Shown here: positions 58,958-64,000 of the stretch, piece by piece
Numbering within the stretch: position 1 is the stretch's first letter
How the letters are laid out: each line of letters begins with the position of its first letter
From: an uncultured Muribaculaceae bacterium
GTDB taxonomy: Bacteria; Bacillota_I; Bacilli_A; RF39; UBA660
Direction of reading: 5' to 3'
Assembly: GCA_964396655.1 (NCBI GenBank)
Contig: CAYNFP010000001.1
Location: 70,773 to 134,772 of the forward strand
Length of the DNA stretch: 64,000 nt
Notes under the pieces: generated by a model
What the model was told of the DNA's origin: nothing
The model's database searches: none
The model's input: the letters and a program-made list of their open reading frames with translations, nothing else
Translations under genes and position numbers: made by a program

Positions 58958-59563
58958 ATGAAAAAATATTATATTTGTACTTTAGTTCAAGTTAGTGAAG
59001 AACAAGGCTATATTGGAAAAAGACAAAAGCAGATAACCTCTGAGACAGAGGACATTATTTTGGGTCGTTCAGAGGCATTAAATAATTTTAATTCAAGGAC
59101 AATAATAGTTGAGAAAACTTTAAATCCAAATATATTAAGGGAAGTTATAACTGGATTGCCAATTCCGGTTTTAAGAGTTAAAACTTGGGTAAAACAACTC
59201 CATTATATATATTCGCCCTCATATTTAGTTGGTTCTGATATTCATACTTTTGTACCAATAATATCACAAACAACATATTATGTCGAAGAAACTCGTAGAA
59301 ATTCGTCTGGTTTATATAAAGTAGATGATTTTCACACATTAAAACAATATTTATTATTACATCCAGATTCTGAAATATATAAACAAGAATTGTTAGCTTA
59401 TTTTGAACAAGGAAGAATAAAAATGCAAAATAGATTAAAAATAGAAGAAGCAAAACCAGAATTGATGACAAAGCAAACTGACTTTGAAACTTGGCTCAAA
59501 GATAGAGAACGTTATAATAAAAGTGAAATTTCAAGAATGCAAAGAGAATTAAGAAGACACTAA
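58958..59563 (+). CDS. hypothetical protein
   Basis: 201 aa. GGGG RBS. Confidence 0.4.
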   Translation: MKKYYICTLVQVSEEQGYIGKRQKQITSETEDIILGRSEALNNFNSRTIIVEKTLNPNILREVITGLPIPVLRVKTWVKQLHYIYSPSYLVGSDIHTFVPIISQTTYYVEETRRNSSGLYKVDDFHTLKQYLLLHPDSEIYKQELLAYFEQGRIKMQNRLKIEEAKPELMTKQTDFETWLKDRERYNKSEISRMQRELRRH

Positions 59564-59763
59564 AATTTAGTGCTTTTTTTATAACATTTTCTCTGTTTTG
59601 TTATAATTTAAAAAAACATTGTTATCATTTTTAAATAAAATTTAATCAATTATTTAAAAAATATTGTATATTTTATAACTTTATGATAACATTATAAGCG
59701 TTAATCCGCTTCTTGTATCAATTTATAAGTAAGATTAAGTAGAAAAAGAAAGGAAGATGTAAG

Positions 59764-60102
59764 ATGAATTTAATCGATAAGATTAATAGACGTCAAATTA
59801 AAACTGATATTCCTGAATTTAGAGTTGGAGATACAGTTATAGTTGATGTTAAAATTAAAGAAGGTAAAAGAGAAAGAATTCAAGCTTTTGAAGGAGTAGT
59901 AACTTCTAGAAAAGGTGGAAGTGTAACTGAAACTTTTACAGTTAGAAAGAAATCAGGCAGTGTTGGAATTAATAGAGTATTCCCAGTAAATAGCCCAATA
60001 ATCGAAAAAATCACCGTTGTTAAGAAGGGTAAAGTTAGAAGAGCTAAACTAAATTTCTTAAAAGGCAGTAAGGGTGGATTTAAAATTAAAGAAAGAAATT
60101 AG
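59764..60102 (+). CDS. rplS: 50S ribosomal protein L19
   Basis: FRVGDTV.V...EG.RER.Q.FEGVV pattern. 112 aa. Confidence 0.95.
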   Translation: MNLIDKINRRQIKTDIPEFRVGDTVIVDVKIKEGKRERIQAFEGVVTSRKGGSVTETFTVRKKSGSVGINRVFPVNSPIIEKITVVKKGKVRRAKLNFLKGSKGGFKIKERN

Positions 60103-60134
60103 GTTTACACCTAATTTTTCTTTTAGGAGGAAAC

Positions 60135-60623
60135 ATGAATAATAAATTAAAAGAATTAATTCCATATATAATTATTATAATAGTGGTTTTATTAATAAGA
60201 ACTTTTTTTGTGACTCCAGCTAGAGTTGATGGAGACTCAATGCTAAATACTTTATATAATGGAGAAATTGTTATATTAAATAAAATATCTTTAAAAACAG
60301 ATGAAATAAATAGATTTGATATAATAGTTATAGATTATGAAAATGATTTACTAATTAAAAGAGTAATTGGATTACCTAATGAAACTATTGAATATAAAAA
60401 CAATGAATTATATATAAATGGAGAATTAACTAAAACTCCTATCAAATTTGAAGATACAGAAGATTTCAAAGAAACAACTAAAGATAATGAATATTTTGTA
60501 TTAGGAGACAATAGAGATGATTCAAAAGACAGTAGATATTTTGGTAATGTAAATTTAAGTAAAATAAAAGGTAAAGTAAATTTTGTGTTATTTCCATTTA
60601 AACATTTTGGGAAGATAGAATAG
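60135..60623 (+). CDS. lepB: signal peptidase I
   Basis: GDSMLNTL (catalytic Ser box), KRVIGLP, and GDNRDDSKDSRYFG box E. Confidence 0.9.
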   Translation: MNNKLKELIPYIIIIIVVLLIRTFFVTPARVDGDSMLNTLYNGEIVILNKISLKTDEINRFDIIVIDYENDLLIKRVIGLPNETIEYKNNELYINGELTKTPIKFEDTEDFKETTKDNEYFVLGDNRDDSKDSRYFGNVNLSKIKGKVNFVLFPFKHFGKIE

Positions 60624-60659
60624 TAAAAATAACTTTATTATAAAAGATGTGAGGTTACA

Positions 60660-61205
60660 ATGAAATCTTTATTTAATTTAGAATATGTAAAAATTAATTT
60701 AAATAATTTAGAAAAGGCTTATGAAATTCAAAGACAAGAATGGCCTGATGACCCCGATTATAAAGATTTATATGATAAAGCAATTAATTCTAAAGATGAT
60801 AATGTAGAATTTTTGGTTTATGAAGGAAAAAAATTAATTGGAATTACAGGTGTAGATGTTTTTGATAATTTTAAAGATTCCATATGGCTAAATTGGTTTA
60901 CAATTTTGCCAAAATTTAGAAGAAAAGGTTATGGCGAAAAAGTTTTGCTTGATACTATAGAATATTGTAAAAATTTGAATAGATATAATAATTTTAGAAT
61001 AGATACAACCTATTATAAAGATAGACCAGCATTATTTTTATATGATAAAGTAATGGAATTAAAAGAAGAATATATAATTGAAGATACAATTGATCATAAA
61101 AACAATTTTTTAATTTATACAATAGGATTAAATGGAAAAGCTGAGCTTTGGAATAATAAATATTTAGGGTTAAGAAAATATTATGACAGTTGCAAATTAA
61201 AATAA
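60660..61205 (+). CDS. GNAT-like acetyltransferase
   Basis: RRKGYGEKVL motif A-like. Confidence 0.45.
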   Translation: MKSLFNLEYVKINLNNLEKAYEIQRQEWPDDPDYKDLYDKAINSKDDNVEFLVYEGKKLIGITGVDVFDNFKDSIWLNWFTILPKFRRKGYGEKVLLDTIEYCKNLNRYNNFRIDTTYYKDRPALFLYDKVMELKEEYIIEDTIDHKNNFLIYTIGLNGKAELWNNKYLGLRKYYDSCKLK

Positions 61206-61228
61206 AGAAAAAATAGGAGTGAAAGCAA

Positions 61229-61531
61229 ATGAAAATTATTACAATATGTGGAAGTTTAAAATTTAAAGATGAGATGATGAAGGTGGCAATGCAAATGGAA
61301 TTGAATGAAAATATTGTTTTAATTCCAATATTTCCGATGTCAGATGATAAAATTGTTTTAACAGAAGAAGAATCAACCATACTTGGTAAAATGCACAAAG
61401 AAAAAATAAAACTATCAGACGCTATTTTTGTTGTTAATGTAAATGGTTACATAGGTAATAGTACAAAAAGTGAAATTGAATATGCTAAAACATTAAATAA
61501 AGAAATCATGTATTTAGAACCATTGAAGTGA
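61229..61531 (+). CDS. small nucleoside 2-deoxyribosyltransferase-like / DUF4406-like protein
   Basis: 100 aa. IITICGSL...DAIFVVNVNGYIGNSTKSEIEYA pattern typical of the NDT-like flavodoxin-fold family. Confidence 0.45.
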   Translation: MKIITICGSLKFKDEMMKVAMQMELNENIVLIPIFPMSDDKIVLTEEESTILGKMHKEKIKLSDAIFVVNVNGYIGNSTKSEIEYAKTLNKEIMYLEPLK

Positions 61532-61556
61532 AAGAAAATAAAAAAGGAAATAAAAT

Positions 61557-62162
61557 ATGAATCACTGTATATTTTGTGATATCGATAATAATAAAGTTGA
61601 AAACACTATAATTGATGAGACAAATAAATTTTATATATTACCATCTATAGGGGCGTTAGTAGACGGATATGTGTTAGTAGTAAGTAAAAGACATCTAAAT
61701 TCAATGTCAGAGCTAACAAAAAGCGAAATGAATGAATATAAATTTATAATAGAAAAATATAGAAATTTATTTAAGAATATTTATGGCAAGTTCCCAATTG
61801 TATTTGAACATGGTTCACCATTATTAGATAGTGATATGAAAGCAAATAGTGTGGTACATGCACATACACATATTGTTAATCATCAATATATAGATGAAAA
61901 TGCAATTATAAAAAAATTAAATTTAGCAACAATTGATAAGATAAATAATATAAGCAATAATAAAAATTATATAATGTATATGAATTCTAATGGATCTTGC
62001 TATGTGACTTATAATTTTGAACCCATTAGTCAAATGATGAGAAAATTAATAGCAAAAGATCTTGGATTTGAGAATAAATTTGATTGGAAAAAGGAAATGT
62101 TTTTAAATAATATTAATTCAACCATTGAAAAGTTGAAGTATGTAGATAAAGGAAGTGATTAA
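61557..62162 (+). CDS. HIT-domain protein
   Basis: N-terminal CIFC and the histidine triad HAHTHIVNH. Confidence 0.55.
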   Translation: MNHCIFCDIDNNKVENTIIDETNKFYILPSIGALVDGYVLVVSKRHLNSMSELTKSEMNEYKFIIEKYRNLFKNIYGKFPIVFEHGSPLLDSDMKANSVVHAHTHIVNHQYIDENAIIKKLNLATIDKINNISNNKNYIMYMNSNGSCYVTYNFEPISQMMRKLIAKDLGFENKFDWKKEMFLNNINSTIEKLKYVDKGSD

Positions 62163-62164
62163 AT

Positions 62165-63019
62165 ATGGAAAATAAAGTTATAAACTGGTATCCTGGCCAT
62201 ATGGCTAAGACCAAAAGAGAAATAAAAGAATTGTTAAAAATAGTTGATATAGTTATTGAAGTTATAGATGCTAGAATACCTTTTAGTTCTCATAATAAAG
62301 ATATAGAGGAATTTTATAAAGACAAAAAAAGAATAATAGTATTCAATAAATATGATTTATGTGATAAAGACAAAACTAGTGAATTTATTAAATATTATGA
62401 ATCTTTAAATTATAGTGTTGTAACATGTGATTCTAAGAATAGTGATGATTATAAAAAAATACTAAAAACTATTGAAAATTTAATGATTAAAACAAATGTA
62501 AAAAGAAAAGAAAAAGGATTGTTACCTAAAAAAGCTAAAGCTTTAGTTGTAGGTGTTCCTAATGTTGGGAAAAGCACTTTAATTAATAAGATAGCTAATA
62601 GAAAAATAGCGGCTGTTGAAAATAAACCCGGCATAACAAGAAATATAAGTACAATAAAAATAAATGATAAGATAGATTTAATGGATACTCCAGGTATATT
62701 GTGGCCTAAAATTGATACAGAAGAAGTAGCTTTAAATTTAGCAAGCATGTCTATTATAAAAGAAGATATTTTGCCTATAGATAAAATCGCAGTTCATATT
62801 TTAAATAAATTAAATAGAAATTATAAAGATATTTTATTTAAAGAACTAGGTTTAAAAGAATATAATGATGAAATAATTATTGAAGCATATATAGTTATTT
62901 CTAAATACAAAGGTATAAAAATAATAGATGGAGAGCCAGATTATAGTAGAATAAGTGAATTAATTTTGAATTTAATTAAATCTGAAAAAATAAAAAACAT
63001 TACTTTTGATGAAATGTAA
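62165..63019 (+). CDS. rbgA: ribosome biogenesis GTPase A (YlqF)
   Basis: WYPGHMAK, and circularly permuted GTPase motifs (NKxD before GVPNVGKST). Confidence 0.9.
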   Translation: MENKVINWYPGHMAKTKREIKELLKIVDIVIEVIDARIPFSSHNKDIEEFYKDKKRIIVFNKYDLCDKDKTSEFIKYYESLNYSVVTCDSKNSDDYKKILKTIENLMIKTNVKRKEKGLLPKKAKALVVGVPNVGKSTLINKIANRKIAAVENKPGITRNISTIKINDKIDLMDTPGILWPKIDTEEVALNLASMSIIKEDILPIDKIAVHILNKLNRNYKDILFKELGLKEYNDEIIIEAYIVISKYKGIKIIDGEPDYSRISELILNLIKSEKIKNITFDEM

Positions 63020-63689
63020 TGTTTTTTTAAGTTTTTATTGTATAATAATTCTTATGGGAATGTTATATTTTGAAAAAAAATTATATAAAAATAAAATTGA
63101 ATTAATAGGTGGAATTGACGAAGTTGGAAGAGGTCCTTTAATTGGACCTGTAGTTGCCTCTTGTGTAATATTGCCTAAAAATTTTTATGTGAAAGAAATT
63201 AATGATTCTAAAAAATTATCTGAGAAAAAAAGAGAGTTTCTATATGACATAATTGTTAAAAATGCTATAAGTATTGGCATAGGAATTGTTTCTGCTCAAA
63301 TTATTGATGAAATAAATATATATGAGGCTACCAAAGTAGCGATGAAAGAAGCTATAAATAATTGTAATATTAAACCAGAGTATTTACTTATTGATGCAAT
63401 GAAATTAGATATTGATATACCACTAGAAGCTATTATTAAAGGAGATACTAAAAGTGAATCTATTGCAGCTGCATCTATAATTGCTAAAGTTACAAGAGAT
63501 AGAATGTTAATTGAGATGGATAAAGAATATCCTGGTTATAATTTTAAAAAGAATAAAGGTTATGGAACAAAAGAACATTTAAAGGCTATTGAAGAATTAG
63601 GGGTTTTAGAAGATCATAGAAGAAGTTTTAGTCCAGTAAGAGAAGCAATTAATAGAAAAAAATCTACTGAAAAAGTAGAACAAATATAG
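63006..63689 (+). CDS. rnhB: ribonuclease HII
   Basis: [15 protein letters not shown] with DSK and LIDA motifs. The true start is probably an internal ATG near 63048-63054. Confidence 0.9.
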   Translation: MMKCNVFLSFYCIIILMGMLYFEKKLYKNKIELIGGIDEVGRGPLIGPVVASCVILPKNFYVKEINDSKKLSEKKREFLYDIIVKNAISIGIGIVSAQIIDEINIYEATKVAMKEAINNCNIKPEYLLIDAMKLDIDIPLEAIIKGDTKSESIAAASIIAKVTRDRMLIEMDKEYPGYNFKKNKGYGTKEHLKAIEELGVLEDHRRSFSPVREAINRKKSTEKVEQI

Positions 63690-63725
63690 TGAATATGTTA
63701 TAATTTATGAGAAAAGAGGTAAATA

Positions 63726-64000
63726 ATGAAAATTTTAAGTATTAATGCAGGAAGTGCAACATTAAAGTATACACTATTTGAAATGCCAGAAGAAAAAGTA
63801 TTGGTTTCAGGTAATTTTGAAAGAATAGGAATGGATAATAGTTTTTATAGTATAAAAATAAATGGAGAAAAAATTGAAAAACAAGCGGTTTTAGAAAGTC
63901 ATAAACAATCTTTTGAAATATTAGTAGATGAACTTGTAAAAAATCATATTGTTGAAGATTTAAATGATATAAAAGGAATTGGACATAGAATAGTACAAGG
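63726..64000 (+). CDS. ackA: acetate kinase (partial, N-terminal)
   Basis: MKILSINAGSATLKY...GHRIVQG. Runs off the window end. Confidence 0.8.
   Translation, partial: MKILSINAGSATLKYTLFEMPEEKVLVSGNFERIGMDNSFYSIKINGEKIEKQAVLESHKQSFEILVDELVKNHIVEDLNDIKGIGHRIVQ

Noticed and set aside
1-64000. CRISPR arrays, prophage structural modules, rRNA genes.
   Set aside because: No regularly spaced direct repeats, no capsid, terminase or tail genes, and no rRNA-like conserved segments were seen anywhere in the window.

Overview
This is a very AT-rich (roughly 25-30% GC) chromosomal segment from a spore-forming low-GC Firmicute; sporulation is inferred from the dpaA-dpaB-dapA dipicolinate synthase genes. 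Almost all genes are on the + strand.

In order, the window contains:
- Unknown proteins at 128-3002.
- A complete NAD salvage/recycling locus at 3161-10928: pncA, pncB, a Nudix ADP-ribose pyrophosphatase, pnuC, a nadR-like NMNAT/ribosylnicotinamide kinase, nadE, nadD and an NrtR-like Nudix/winged-helix regulator. An sigmaA-like promoter and two palindromic candidate operators sit upstream of pncA.
- An orphan prepilin-type pseudopilin gene at 10940-11323.
- A tRNA-His(GUG) at 11384-11460, followed by an accessory array of small genes (HIT, YunG-like, three GNAT copies of which one is a pseudogene, SDR, MBL hydrolase, cold-shock protein). These are joined by repeated junction modules: a terminator hairpin, then a T-tract, then AAAATGATATATAATTAA. 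A second ~32-nt repeat in the array occurs twice.
- Three unknown genes (one with an HExxH motif), then dpaAB-dapA and asnB.
- A nucleoside/nucleotide-enzyme-like cluster: a cN-III-like HAD, a nucleoside 2-deoxyribosyltransferase-like protein, a HAD hydrolase and a flavoprotein-Rieske fusion.
- A minus-strand Thr/Gly-rich gene pair divergent from an ECF-type sigma factor and its anti-sigma factor.
- A P-type cation ATPase and an HD-domain protein.
- An ISNCY-type insertion sequence with a frameshifted transposase and imperfect terminal inverted repeats.
- An accessory/defence-like island: an EEP nuclease/phosphatase, two tandem MacB-like ABC ATPase-permease fusions and an AbiEi/AbiEii pair.
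- Phosphoketolase.
- A tandem array of six small paralogous genes of unknown function at 46376-48230. I judge this the most novel feature in the window.
- An Asp T-box upstream of aspS, then serS.
- Putative sporulation/envelope proteins.
- A translation-related block: an RlmN/Cfr-like radical SAM protein, a TrmH-family methyltransferase, rimM, trmD, rplS, lepB, rbgA and rnhB.
- The start of ackA at the window end.

No CRISPR array, integron integrase or prophage structural genes were seen.
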